Sequence record: OR644643.1
Length of the DNA: 64,000 nt
DNA from: Klebsiella phage NU-KP11
Direction: 5' to 3' (one strand)
Shown: in pieces, positions 63,590-64,000 of the stretch
How positions within the stretch are numbered: position 1 is the first letter of the stretch
Layout of the letters: each line of letters opens with the position of its first letter
Notes under the pieces: model-generated
Databases searched by the model: none
What the model saw: the letters and a program-made list of their open reading frames with translations, nothing else
Told to the model about the DNA's origin: nothing
Program-made: the position numbers and the translations under genes

Positions 63590-64000
63590 ATGAATAAGTT
63601 TTTCTTTGATATGGATGGTGTATTGTTCGACTGGGAAGGTTCATTTGTGCCAATGTATGGCGAACCCTCGATGATGACAGAAGATGAGTTGAAAAAGTGC
63701 AAAGCAAAAATTGCCAAAACTGATTTCTACGAAAATCTGGAACCAATCAAAGAAGGATTTGAATTATTCCATCATTTAAGAACACTTGGTGATGTAGCAA
63801 TACTAACCAGTGTCGGTAAATTCAATTCTGACGGTGTTGCCGAACAGAAACGTAAAGCATTACAAAAAGTATTGGGTTACGTTCCAGAATTCCACTACGT
63901 TAAAAGTAGCCATGAAAAAGCAGCATTCGCTGGTAAAGGAATCCTGTTTGACGATCGGGCAAAAGCGGTGTTGCCTTTCAGAAAAGCAGGAGGTAAAGCA
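63590..64000 (+). CDS. HAD-family phosphatase/5'-nucleotidase-like protein (partial, runs off window end)
   Basis: HAD motif I FFDMDGVLFDW at the N-terminus. RBS gaggaattgat. The frame is open to 64000. Confidence 0.6.
   Translation, partial: MNKFFFDMDGVLFDWEGSFVPMYGEPSMMTEDELKKCKAKIAKTDFYENLEPIKEGFELFHHLRTLGDVAILTSVGKFNSDGVAEQKRKALQKVLGYVPEFHYVKSSHEKAAFAGKGILFDDRAKAVLPFRKAGGKA

Noticed and set aside
1-64000. tRNA genes, CRISPR arrays, large tandem repeats
   Set aside because: Intergenic spaces are all under 90 bp and are taken up by promoters and terminators. No tRNA-like T-arm or anticodon-arm patterns and no repeat-spacer arrays were seen by eye. A tRNAscan run would be needed to be certain.

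Overview
This window is a gene-dense segment of a T4-like myophage (Straboviridae, T-even type), with no tRNA genes or CRISPR arrays. It contains about 95 protein-coding genes that I recognised by recalling the T4 protein sequences and motifs, not by database search.

Plus strand, 1-34531:
- The 3' end of rnh, then dsbA, gene 33, gene 59 and gene 32 (ssDNA-binding protein).
- Immediately after gene 32 comes the replisome block: 45 (clamp), 44/62 (clamp loader), regA, 43 (DNA polymerase), uvsX, 41 (helicase), 61 (primase), 56 (dCTPase), dda, a dexA-like exonuclease, the fused 39+60 topoisomerase II large subunit, 52, rIIA and rIIB.
- Three islands of small early genes interrupt this block at 12.1-15.2 kb, 18.5-24.0 kb and 31.3-34.5 kb. 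Each small gene has its own sigma70-like promoter, often fused to the terminator hairpin of the gene upstream.

Minus strand, 34532-62586:
- Holin t, then the long-tail-fibre genes 38, 37, 36, 35 and 34.
- A glutaredoxin, nrdG, nrdD, endonuclease VII (gene 49), nrdC, the T4-type Dam methylase and NadV (NAMPT).
- A DprA/Smf-like protein, an HNH-AP2 homing endonuclease and RNA ligase 2.

The window ends on the plus strand with a P-loop kinase and a HAD phosphatase.

Most notable observations:
- gp37 (1400 aa) ends in a peptidase-S74 intramolecular-chaperone domain and is paired with a T2-type gp38 adhesin whose C-terminal domain is divergent.
- A second, gamma-class NPPF adenine methyltransferase sits in an accessory island in addition to Dam.
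- A dispersed family of fused terminator/promoter modules occurs at six sites.
- A conserved AUCGAAACGA(AAC) motif begins four early transcripts.
- Gene order is strongly compacted and reshuffled relative to T4: gene 32 abuts gene 45, gene 43 abuts uvsX, and gene 42, imm and beta-gt are absent from their canonical T4 positions.

Several ORF-track start positions are non-ATG codons (TTG or GTG). I replaced them with downstream ATGs where the T4 homologue alignment supports it, and kept the GTG start of gene 59.
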